From assembly GCA_035688805.1 (NCBI GenBank), contig DASSMQ010000006.1, positions 15,012 to 79,011 of the forward strand: 64,000 nt of DNA. The letters are read 5' to 3'. A program made the position numbers and the translations under genes. This DNA comes from Candidatus Limnocylindrales bacterium (GTDB lineage: Bacteria > Chloroflexota > Limnocylindria > Limnocylindrales > CSP1-4). Positions 10,325 through 22,968 of this stretch are shown here, piece after piece. Positions within the stretch are counted from its first letter, which is position 1; the number at the start of each line of letters is the position of its first letter. Below the pieces are notes generated by a model. The model was not told the DNA's origin and did no database searches. It saw only the letters and a program-made list of their open reading frames with translations.

Positions 10325-11077
10325 TCAGGCCGGTTCGGCCGCGGGCTCCGATCCGGGTCCGATCGATGCCCCGAGCCAGATGGTCCAGAGCGGCACGAGC
10401 ACGCCCGACACGATCACGAGAAGGTACAGGCCGAGGTCGCCACCGACCTGCAGCACGCCCACGAGGACCGTCGCGACCAGCCCGATCGCCGTCACCCACG
10501 AGACGATGCTCCATGCCGCCGGCAGCCGTGCCCGGAAGGCGGCGTCGACGGCGAGGATGCCGATCGCGGCCAGGATGGCGGCTGCGTTGACCAGCCAGTT
10601 CTTCGCGCCCTCCAGCAGCATCTGTCCCCAGATCTGGCTGACGATCTCCGTCTCCTTGAAGCCGCAGTCGCAGTACGCGAGGTCGATCGTCACCTGCGTC
10701 GCGCCGATCAGGATGAGCTGGCCGACGGCGCCGAGGATGCCCCCGACCGCCAGACCCACGGCGATCGCGGTGCGCCTCGTATCCGTGGGTGCAAGCAGAG
10801 CGGCGAGCGCAACGCCAAGACCGGCGAGGGCGACGAAGCCGATGCCGAAGCTCATGTTGTTCAGGAAGAAGATCGGCCAGATCGCGACACGGTAGCCCTG
10901 CACCGCGAGGCGCTGCTCCACCATGTTCGACGCGCCCGTGTCAGGCGGCGTCGCGTAGAGGTTCAGGATGTCCACGAGTTGGAACGCCGTCCCGATCAGG
11001 AACAGGACACCTACGGCCCAGGCCAGCCACCGAACTGCCCTCATCTGCACGTCGCCCTCCTCGAAGTGTCCGGACAC
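10325..11077 (-). CDS. hypothetical multi-pass membrane protein
   Basis: 6-7 predicted TM helices; no recognised motif. Confidence 0.4.
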   Translation of the reverse strand: MSGHFEEGDVQMRAVRWLAWAVGVLFLIGTAFQLVDILNLYATPPDTGASNMVEQRLAVQGYRVAIWPIFFLNNMSFGIGFVALAGLGVALAALLAPTDTRRTAIAVGLAVGGILGAVGQLILIGATQVTIDLAYCDCGFKETEIVSQIWGQMLLEGAKNWLVNAAAILAAIGILAVDAAFRARLPAAWSIVSWVTAIGLVATVLVGVLQVGGDLGLYLLVIVSGVLVPLWTIWLGASIGPGSEPAAEPA

Positions 11078-11196
11078 CGGCGATTGTAGGGGCGCGTCGG
11101 CTGCATCTCGCCACCATCTGCTACCATCCGTCGTCGCGCCGCCGCCCTCGCGCCGCGCGAACCCGATCAGATCCCACGCACGTGAGGTTCTCCCCC

Positions 11197-11847
11197 TTGG
11201 CCAAGACGCCCCGCACCTGGACCGGCGCGCGGACCCCGTCGGGACTCAAGCGCGTCCGGCAGGCGAATAGCCGCCACGAGGTGCTTGGTCCGCGTCGGAG
11301 TGCCGCCAAGACCTTCGTCGCCAAGGCCGTCAGCGCCGCCGCCTCCACCGATGCCGAGGCAGCCACCGCCGCACTGACCGAGGCGCTGTCGGCGCTCGAT
11401 CGAGCCGCCAAGGCGGGCGCGATCCACCCGAACGCGGCCGCCCGACGCAAGTCGCGGCTGACCCGCAAGGTCAACGCCGCGGTCGGTGGGACGGGCGTCC
11501 AGGCCGGCGGCCGGGTCGCCAAGCAGACCGGCAAGGCCGCCGCGGCCAAGGCCGCCAAGGCGCGCATCGCCGCCGGCAAGTCGACCAAGGCCAAGGGCGC
11601 TCAGACGGCCGCCGGCAAGGCGCGCGCCGCGCTGTCGAAGACGGCTCGGGCAGAAGCCGCCGCGGCGAAGGCCGCCCAGGCGTCCTCAGCAGAGACCCCC
11701 GCGCCCGCGGCCGTGAAGCCGGCGCGGCCGGCCGCGAAGGCCACGGCCACCAAGAAGCCGACCACCGCCAAGGCAGGCGCCACGAAGGCGGCGTCGAGGT
11801 CGACGGCGACGAAGTCCGCGACCGCTCGGAAGACCACCAAGAGCTAA
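11197..11847 (+). CDS. rpsT: 30S ribosomal protein S20 with ~120-aa Ala/Lys/Pro-rich C-terminal extension
   Basis: S20 core RVRQANSRHEVLGPRRSAAKTFVAKA...LDRAAKAGAIHPNAAARRKSRLTRKVNA. TTG start with GAGG 10 nt upstream. Then AKAAKARIAAGKSTKAKG...TKKPTTAKAG..., a histone H1-like tail. Confidence 0.8.
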   Translation: MAKTPRTWTGARTPSGLKRVRQANSRHEVLGPRRSAAKTFVAKAVSAAASTDAEAATAALTEALSALDRAAKAGAIHPNAAARRKSRLTRKVNAAVGGTGVQAGGRVAKQTGKAAAAKAAKARIAAGKSTKAKGAQTAAGKARAALSKTARAEAAAAKAAQASSAETPAPAAVKPARPAAKATATKKPTTAKAGATKAASRSTATKSATARKTTKS

Positions 11848-11890
11848 GTGGACGGGGTCCGGCGACGGGCCCCTCTCGGTACCGTCGACC

Positions 11891-11910
11891 GCCCCGGCAC
11901 CAGCCGGGGC
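11891..11910. terminator. GC hairpin (GCCCCGGC-acca-GCCGGGGC) between convergent rpsT and lipoprotein genes
   Basis: 7-8 bp perfect stem read directly, 44 bp after the rpsT stop. Confidence 0.5.
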
Positions 11911-11926
11911 GTCGTCATGCCGCCCC

Positions 11927-12729
11927 CTACTGGAAGCACCACCCCCGCGCTTCGAGGGCTTTTCGCTCGAGATCGGACAGGGCGATCACGAACGCCGTCT
12001 GGTCGAATGCCTTGTACAGCTCGAAGCGCCGTCCCGGGCTGGCGATGAGGGCGTCGATCGGGGCGAGGATGCCGGGATCGATCCAATCCTCGAGGTAGGC
12101 CGGGTGGAGCTCGTGGACGCCGTCCGCGAGGCTGAACCTGACCGTGACCGGACCCTTCGACCCAGCCCATGTCTCGGTGATGTCACCCGGATCGAACGCC
12201 CCGCCCGAGATCTCGCTCCAGGCGGCCAGGGTCTGGACGTACACCTCGTTCTCCGGGGCGACGTCCGCCTCGAGGTCCTGCCACCAGACGCGGGCGTGGT
12301 CCTGCTGAGCGACGGCGAGGTCGAGCATGGCGGGCGGGAGCTCGACGGACCCGCTCGGGTCGCTCGCGGCAGTCTGGCCGGACCCATCTCCGGCGCTGCC
12401 CCAGGTCTCGGCGATACCGTCCTTGACGTAGGCCGTCAGGTCGGCCTCCGAGAGCTCGGCCTGATCCGCGAAAAGGCCGATCGCCCGCAGGTCGGCTACG
12501 CGTTGGGCGATCGTGGCGTCGGTCGCCGGCGGCAGCGGGTCGGCGTCGCAGGCCGCGCTGGCGACATTCGTCGGTCGGGGCACGTCGACACGGGTCGAGC
12601 CGAGCCCGGGCACGTCGACGAACTCACCCGAGCCGACGCCGCCCGTCGGCGGAGCCGCACACGCGGCGGCGAGGACGCCGGCGACGAGGCTGGCCGCGAT
12701 CGCCGCGACCGCCGCGCGGAGACGCCCGC

Positions 12730-12733
<4 letters not shown>
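11927..12733 (-). CDS. hypothetical lipoprotein
   Basis: Internal Met followed by the signal peptide RLRAAVAAIAASLVAGVLAAAC (lipobox LAAAC). The ATG overlaps the stop of the upstream gene. Confidence 0.45.
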
Positions 12734-17032
<4,299 letters not shown>

Positions 17033-17043
17033 GGGACATGGGA

Positions 17044-17066
17044 AGGCCCCGCCATCGGCGGGGCCT
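17044..17066 (-). terminator. hairpin GGCCCCGCC-gatg-GGCGGGGCC downstream of the small zinc-ribbon gene
   Basis: 9-bp perfect stem, 25-45 nt after the small ORF stop. Confidence 0.5.
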
Positions 17067-17089
17067 TCGGTCGCGTCAGAGGACGGGCT

Positions 17090-17230
17090 TCAGCCGCCGA
17101 TCTTGAAGACCTTGTTGCCGCAGATCGGACAGGTGCCCTGCAGGGCGGGCTTGCCGTTCTTCATCGTGATCCGCTGGGCGTTCTGGACTTCCACTTTTCG
17201 CTTGTCCTTGACGCAGTAGGCCTCAGCCAT
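17090..17230 (-). CDS. small zinc-ribbon-like protein, 46 aa (resembles DUF5679 family); not in ORF track
   Basis: The reverse complement translates MAEAYCVKDKRKVEVQNAQRITMKNGKPALQGTCPICGNKVFKIGG*. A GAGGAGGAG RBS sits 6 nt upstream and a hairpin terminator downstream. Confidence 0.6.
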   Translation of the reverse strand: MAEAYCVKDKRKVEVQNAQRITMKNGKPALQGTCPICGNKVFKIGG

Positions 17231-17299
17231 CTGGGCTCCTCCTCGTTCGATCGAGCGTCACGGGAACCTTTGTCCCGCATCCGCTCCTTGGGTGTCGCG

Positions 17300-18166
17300 C
17301 TAGGTGGTCCACAGCGACGGCCGCCAGCGGTCCGTCGCGGCAGTCCGCTTCTGGGCATCGATCGTCGCCAATACGAGCAGGCTCTCGAGACCAGTCGCCA
17401 CGCACGCTGCCTCGGCAGCGTCCTTGGCCGATCCCTCGACGAACTCGCCGGTCGTCCGGTTCGCGTAGACCGCGCAGACGACCCCGGCCCGTGCGCCGGC
17501 GAGCGATGCGAACACCAGCAGTGCCGATGCCTCCATCTCGAAGTTCATGACGCGCTGGCGCGCCATGGTCTCCGCGAGGTCAGGGTAGCGGATGGGCAAC
17601 TGGGGGATCGGGCGTCCCTGCGCACCGAAGAACCCCGGCGCCGTCGCCGTCACCCCGACGTGATACCGGTAGCCGAGCCGCTCCGCCGCCTCGATGAGGG
17701 CCATCGTCGCCTCGAGATCGGCGACCGCGGGATACCCATCGTGGACGTACCAGCTCGTCGTCGTCTCGAGCCGCACCGCTCCGGTCGTGATGACCAGGTC
17801 ACCCAGGGCCATCTCCGGCTGGAGCGCGCCGCACGAGCCGACCCGGATGAAGGTCGGACGATGCGTGATCGCCAGGATCTCGGCCACGGCGATCTCGACG
17901 TTGTCCGTGCCGATGCCGGTCGACACGACCGACACCCGCTGTCCTCGATACGTGCCGGTCGCCGATGCGAACTCCCGGTGTCGGTGCTCGAGCTCGACGG
18001 AATCGAAGCGCGAGGCGATCCGTGTCGTTCGGTCCTGGTCCCCGGGGAGGAGGATGTACTCGGCCAGGTCTCCCGGTCCGAGTCCGATGTGGTACTGCCG
18101 TTCCCCGTCGGGGATCGCTATGCGGCGATCTCGCGGGCTTTCGACGCGGGTATCCGCGTTCGGCAA
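17300..18166 (-). CDS. nucleoside phosphorylase (PNP/UDP family 1; uridine/purine nucleoside phosphorylase-like)
   Basis: The MNFEMEASALLVFASLAGARAGVVCAVYANR C-terminal motif matches the Udp/DeoD family; 288 aa. Confidence 0.7.
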   Translation of the reverse strand: MPNADTRVESPRDRRIAIPDGERQYHIGLGPGDLAEYILLPGDQDRTTRIASRFDSVELEHRHREFASATGTYRGQRVSVVSTGIGTDNVEIAVAEILAITHRPTFIRVGSCGALQPEMALGDLVITTGAVRLETTTSWYVHDGYPAVADLEATMALIEAAERLGYRYHVGVTATAPGFFGAQGRPIPQLPIRYPDLAETMARQRVMNFEMEASALLVFASLAGARAGVVCAVYANRTTGEFVEGSAKDAAEAACVATGLESLLVLATIDAQKRTAATDRWRPSLWTT

Positions 18167-18238
18167 GACCTCTCCTCGTGCACGTAGCGTGCTTCGCGGG
18201 CGCGAAACTCGGGCGAGGATAGTCCGCTGATTCTGCGA

Positions 18239-18268
18239 GCGTCAAGCACGCTCGCGCACGCTTGACGC
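18239..18268 (-). terminator. hairpin GCGTCAAGC-(12 nt)-GCTTGACGC downstream of LTD surface protein gene
   Basis: 9-bp perfect inverted repeat read directly, 26 bp after the stop. Confidence 0.45.
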
Positions 18269-18293
18269 CCGCACGACGCCTGTTCAGCCGCGC

Positions 18294-21200
18294 TCAGCCC
18301 CCGTTCACCGTCCGGCCAACGCCCTCCGGCGGTCGTGCCCGCCCGCCGATCGACGCCAGGCGGGTCGCGACGCGGGCCGCCACCAGCCGTCGCGCATGGC
18401 GCCGCCGCAGGGTGGCGGCGACCACCGACAAGGCACCGACCCCGGTCAACCCGAGCAGGCTCGCGCCGGCACCCGGCAGGAGTCCCGGGTCCGCCCCGAA
18501 CCCCGCCACCTGCATCTCGGGCGCGGAGCGCTCGCCCGTCGTGCCGATGGCGGCGGTGCCAGCCTCCGGTGAGCTGGCGGGCGTCGGGTTTCCCAGCCCG
18601 TCCAGGCCGCTGCCGAGGACGATCGTCGAGGGGTCGTCGACCACGACGACCGTCTGGCCGTCCTCGTCGCGACGCACTCGGCCGACGACGTTGATGGCGT
18701 CGCGTGGCTCGATCAGCCCGAGCCAGCCGGCGGCCTCCCCGGTCAGGACGATCGACCCGACGGACGTGCCGTCGTCCAGTCGGAAGCCGGTGGGCCGCAG
18801 CTCCACCACCAACCCGCCGACCCGCACGGTCGCGCCGAGAAGCGCCTCCAGGTCGGCCAGGTCGGCATCGGCCACGGTCCGACCGACACCCGGGGCTCCC
18901 GATGACAGGACCGGACCCTCGGTCGAGGTCACGGCGACGCCGCTGTCACCCCCGGAGCGACGATCGCTCGCCCGCGGCACGCTCGTCACGTGCACGTCCG
19001 CCGAGCCCCTCGGCAGCACCGCTGGCCGTCGGTCCGTCGCACTCGGATAGGCCGGGCGGACGATCCCGACGATCTCGGCGGTCCCGCCGGCGCCGAGCAC
19101 CGTGCTGGGAATCGCGGCACCGGGCTGGCCGATCACGACGAGGGACTGCGCGCCGCTGATCACCTCCGCGCGCCAGCGGTCGCCGAGCTTGTGGACCGCA
19201 TCGACCCGGCCCGCGATCGATACGAGGCGCCACGTATGCGCGGCCCCGAGGGCGCCGGCCACGCGGAGTGGCGCCGGGATCGATGCCGAGCCGAGGCGGT
19301 CGAGGCTGGTCGCCCGCAGGCGCGGAGCGCCGTAGGCCGATCCGATCCGGCCGACCGCCCGGATCCTCGACCCGACCCCCGGGGCCGACGCGGTCTTGGG
19401 CACGAGCACTTCGATCGCGCCACTCGGGTCCTGGACGACGATCCGTCGGCCCGTCGAATCGAGCAAGGTGGCCGGCGCGGTCACGACCGCCTCGATCGCG
19501 ACATCGCGATCGGTGACCCGCCGGGCGGCCGCGATGGATAGCACGGTCGGAGTGCCGCCGGTCGTGGTCGATCCATTCGGCTTGGGCTTCGGGGTCGGCG
19601 TCGGGGCGTGACTCGGTGACGGGGTCGGCGTCGGCGCAGGAACCGTGAGCACGACGTCTGCAGGATCCCGGGCCCAGATCCGATAGCCGTCCGGCTGGTC
19701 CTTCTTCGACGCGCGCTGGCCCGCGATGCCGGTGACCCGGTACCGGGCCCATAGGTCGAAGGCCGAGGTCCCCAGCCCGCTCGAAGCGTCGGTCATCACC
19801 CGGACTCGCGTGCCGTCCGAGGTCTCGATCGTGACCGTGATGTCGTTGCTCGTCGACTTCACCGGCCGGACGACCACGAGACCGTCGAAGCGGACGAGCT
19901 TCGCCTCGGACGACTCGTCCGGACCACTCGGGGGAACGACCGCCGGCTCCGGCAGGACGCCAACGCCCTCGACGTGCAGGTCGCTGGCGAGGGGTCGGAT
20001 CTCGGTCTGCCCGTACGGATCGGCGAGCGGACCACGGACCCACACGACCTGGCCACGACTGGGTGCCGGCAGCTCGGCGGGGAGTCGCACGATCAGCGCG
20101 CCGGTCGCATCCTGGACCGGGAACAAGGCAGGCGTCCCCACCCGGCCGGGCTCGGCCGTGACGACGCCACGGATCGCGACGCTCGTGCCGACCGGCATCG
20201 TCCGGGCCGTCCCGATGGCCATCGCTTCGGCGGGCGGCGCCGACGTGGCGGTCGGGGTCGGGATCGGGGTCGGGGTTACGGTCGGGGTCGCGGTCATGTC
20301 GGCAGTCGGCGTGGGCTCGGGCGTCGCGGTAGGGTCCTCGGTCGGCGTGGTAGATGGGGCCGAGGTCGGGGAAGGCGCAGGCGTCGACGTCGGCACGGGG
20401 GTCGAGGTCGGCAGGGCGAGCTGCAGGTCGCCCGGCGCCGTGACATAGAGCCGATAGCCGCCGGTGCCGGTCCCGGAGCTGTCGCGCTGCCCGAGCGGGC
20501 CGACCGCGGTGACCATGGTCCCTTGCGAAACAGGCCTGCCCGCAACGGCCGTCGGCGTGACGACCACCCGGACGGGTCCGGAACCGTCGTCGATCGAGAA
20601 GGCCGTCCCGTCGGCGAGGGCCTCGTCGGCGCCCGTGACCGAACCCTGCGCCTCGAGCCGAGTACCTTCGAGCAGCTCGGTTGCGCCGCCGGTCGTCGTG
20701 CCGAGGGCTGGCGGGACACCAGGGTTGCCATCAACCATCACCGCACCCTGGGTGATGCGCAGCGTTCGCTGGGCATAGCGAGAATCGACCTCGCCGTGCA
20801 CGTGGATGGCAGTACCCGCAGCGATCGGGTCGACCACCACCGCGTCAAGGTAGAGGGCGATCCCACCGGTCGCGTCCTGGACGAAGGCAGTCCGACCGGC
20901 CTCGAGCGCGCCGAGGTCCGTGGTCAGGACGCCTGAGATCGTGACGACGGATCCATCGGGCAAGGCGCGGGCGGCAACGATGGACGTCGTGGGCGGAGGC
21001 GTCGGCGTCGGTGCCGGGGAGACGGTCGGGACTGGCGTGGGCTCCGGCGTGGGCGGCATGGTCGGCTCCGGCGTGGGCGGCACGGTCGGCTCCGGCGTTG
21101 GCGCCGGGGTGGGCGGCACGGTCGGCTCCGGCGTGGGCGGCACGGTCGGCTCCGGCGTCGGCGCCGGGCTGGGCGGCGCGGTCGGCTCGGGCATCGGCGC

Positions 21201-21965
21201 CGGGGTGGGCTCGATCGTCGGCACCGGCGACGCAGTCGGACCGGGGGTGGCCGTCGCCGTCGGACTGGGCGACAGCGTCGGCACGGCGGTCGGCGTGGCC
21301 GTCGGCGTCGGGCTCGGGCTCGCGACGGGGGCAGGGATCGGCGGTGACGCTACATCCTGCGGTCCCGGCGTCGCCGACACGAACCAATCAGCGCCATTGG
21401 CGTTCGTGTCGATGGCGTTGCCGAGGACTCCACCAGGGCGCCGTTCGAGGCTGGATCCCGCGGGTGGCGCGGCAGCCGCCGTCCCCTCGACGAAGGCGTT
21501 GGTCGCATCACCCCAGCCGATCGCGTCGATCACCGAACCACCGACCACGCGCAGCGCGACCGACCCTCCGGTCGCGGCGAAACCGCCCGAGTACGTCGCA
21601 TCGCCGAACCCGACGTAGGAGCCAGCGCCATTGACGATGAGCGTCCGCTGTCCGGGACCAAGGATCGTCGACGTCGACCAGGTCGCCTTGCGCGTGACCG
21701 TCGAGCCGGTCGACGTCGCGTACACGACCTCGAGCCCGACCAGATCGGCAGGACCCGTACCCTGATTGGCGATCTCGACGAACTCGTCCGATGCGCTCGA
21801 GCCGCCGGTCTGGATCTCCGACACGACGAGCGTGGATACCGGCCACGCGGCCGACGCCGCGAGTGCGACGTCCCCCAGCCGTGCGCTGTGTGTGGGTCCG
21901 CTCGACAGGCAGACGGCGACGACGAGGGCGAGCGCGGTGGTCCCCGCGCGCCGGGCGCGTTGCAT
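18294..21965 (-). CDS. secreted lamin-tail-domain (LTD) cell-surface protein with three OB-like repeat domains, Pro/Thr-rich linkers and C-terminal membrane anchor/sorting-like signal
   Basis: Signal peptide, then the LTD motif VSEIQTGGSSASDEFVEIANQGTGPADLVGLEV. Three ~100-aa repeats start A..LP.G..V.I.GV.T. There are (PTVPPTPE)n linkers. The C-terminus is LLPGAGASLLGLTGVGALSVVAATLRRRHARR. This is the domain layout of ExeM/NucH-type proteins, but no nuclease domain is seen. Confidence 0.7.
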   Translation of the reverse strand: MQRARRAGTTALALVVAVCLSSGPTHSARLGDVALAASAAWPVSTLVVSEIQTGGSSASDEFVEIANQGTGPADLVGLEVVYATSTGSTVTRKATWSTSTILGPGQRTLIVNGAGSYVGFGDATYSGGFAATGGSVALRVVGGSVIDAIGWGDATNAFVEGTAAAAPPAGSSLERRPGGVLGNAIDTNANGADWFVSATPGPQDVASPPIPAPVASPSPTPTATPTAVPTLSPSPTATATPGPTASPVPTIEPTPAPMPEPTAPPSPAPTPEPTVPPTPEPTVPPTPAPTPEPTVPPTPEPTMPPTPEPTPVPTVSPAPTPTPPPTTSIVAARALPDGSVVTISGVLTTDLGALEAGRTAFVQDATGGIALYLDAVVVDPIAAGTAIHVHGEVDSRYAQRTLRITQGAVMVDGNPGVPPALGTTTGGATELLEGTRLEAQGSVTGADEALADGTAFSIDDGSGPVRVVVTPTAVAGRPVSQGTMVTAVGPLGQRDSSGTGTGGYRLYVTAPGDLQLALPTSTPVPTSTPAPSPTSAPSTTPTEDPTATPEPTPTADMTATPTVTPTPIPTPTATSAPPAEAMAIGTARTMPVGTSVAIRGVVTAEPGRVGTPALFPVQDATGALIVRLPAELPAPSRGQVVWVRGPLADPYGQTEIRPLASDLHVEGVGVLPEPAVVPPSGPDESSEAKLVRFDGLVVVRPVKSTSNDITVTIETSDGTRVRVMTDASSGLGTSAFDLWARYRVTGIAGQRASKKDQPDGYRIWARDPADVVLTVPAPTPTPSPSHAPTPTPKPKPNGSTTTGGTPTVLSIAAARRVTDRDVAIEAVVTAPATLLDSTGRRIVVQDPSGAIEVLVPKTASAPGVGSRIRAVGRIGSAYGAPRLRATSLDRLGSASIPAPLRVAGALGAAHTWRLVSIAGRVDAVHKLGDRWRAEVISGAQSLVVIGQPGAAIPSTVLGAGGTAEIVGIVRPAYPSATDRRPAVLPRGSADVHVTSVPRASDRRSGGDSGVAVTSTEGPVLSSGAPGVGRTVADADLADLEALLGATVRVGGLVVELRPTGFRLDDGTSVGSIVLTGEAAGWLGLIEPRDAINVVGRVRRDEDGQTVVVVDDPSTIVLGSGLDGLGNPTPASSPEAGTAAIGTTGERSAPEMQVAGFGADPGLLPGAGASLLGLTGVGALSVVAATLRRRHARRLVAARVATRLASIGGRARPPEGVGRTVNGG
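21019..21230. repeat. about 8 tandem degenerate 24-bp repeats (ggtcggctccggcgtgggcggcac) encoding the PTVPPTPE linker
   Basis: Read directly inside the LTD gene. Confidence 0.7.
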
Positions 21966-22116
21966 GGGTGTCCTCCCGGCGGGGACGAGCGGACGGCGGC
22001 GCGACGGGATTGATAGCAGGGGCCGCCCATCTCGGCCTCGCCGCCAGGTTCACTCGCGCTGCACGCAGGCTGCACGCACGCTTCGCTCCGGATCTCCTCG
22101 TATCGCATGGAGCCGG

Positions 22117-22926
22117 ATGGCGCCTGTGCGCCGTTCGACTACGATGACCGGCAACCCGCACGTCCATGCAGGACCGTCACCAGGAGACGCCGTGGCCCGC
22201 GCCAAGAGGACCGCCAGGGCAGAAGCCCGTCGCCGCTACCGAGCGGACCAGCCAGCATCGGTCGAGACGCCGCTCGCCGACGACCCGCCCGACCCTCGCC
22301 CGCGGGACCGGACCGTCGCCCGAGCGACGCCTGCGCCGACCGGTCGGCGCAGCTTCGCCGGGGCCTTCCGTGATGCGTTCCGACCGCTTGACCTGCGCGG
22401 CGACCTGCAGGCGCTGCCGCGGATCGCGCTACGAACGAACGCCCTCTGGATCCCGGTGGCGTTGACCCTGCTCAGCCTTGTGCTGTTCCTTGTCATCCGG
22501 CCGGAGGGCCGCACGGACATCCTGGCTGTCGTGACGATCTTCCTGTTCCAGTACTTCATCGTGACGCCGGCCATCGGGGGCGTGTTCATCGCCGGGTTCC
22601 TGGCTCCCCGAGCGAGCTGGCTGCTGGGCGGGATCGTCGGCCTGGTGTCGGCCGCCTGCTACTCGTTCCTGGTGATCGGCGGGTTCATGAAGGTCGCGCC
22701 GACAGCGACCAGTCAGAACCTGGTCCAGGAGGTGACGCTGGCGGCCTTCGTGATGTCGCCGCTCGTCGGGGCGGTCTTCGCCTCGGCGGCAGCGTGGTAT
22801 CGCCGGTTCCTCCAGCTGTCCAACCCGAACCGGGGACGCTCGCGACCGTCGGCGTCGGAGGCGGGACGCCGACCGGACGGTCGAACCCGGGCTGGGGGGA
22901 ACCAGAAGGCGAGCGCGCGCCGCTAG
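22117..22926 (+). CDS. hypothetical membrane protein (4-5 TM, basic cytoplasmic N-terminus)
   Basis: Internal ATG with GGAG 7 nt upstream. The upstream part of the track ORF overlaps the LTD gene. Confidence 0.4.
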   Translation: MAPVRRSTTMTGNPHVHAGPSPGDAVARAKRTARAEARRRYRADQPASVETPLADDPPDPRPRDRTVARATPAPTGRRSFAGAFRDAFRPLDLRGDLQALPRIALRTNALWIPVALTLLSLVLFLVIRPEGRTDILAVVTIFLFQYFIVTPAIGGVFIAGFLAPRASWLLGGIVGLVSAACYSFLVIGGFMKVAPTATSQNLVQEVTLAAFVMSPLVGAVFASAAAWYRRFLQLSNPNRGRSRPSASEAGRRPDGRTRAGGNQKASARR

Positions 22927-22935
22927 CCAGCGTTG

Positions 22936-22965
22936 CGCTCCGTCGAAGACGGCCCACGACGGAGC
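22936..22965. terminator. bidirectional hairpin GCTCCGTCG-(12 nt)-CGACGGAGC between convergent genes
   Basis: 9-bp perfect inverted repeat between the membrane-protein stop (22926) and the dnaE2 stop (22969). Confidence 0.5.
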
Positions 22966-22968
22966 CGG

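Noticed and set aside
19580-21300. Possible CRISPR-like or non-coding tandem repeats
   Set aside because: The repeats are in frame within the LTD gene and encode Pro/Thr linkers (PTVPPTPE)n. They have no spacer-repeat architecture.
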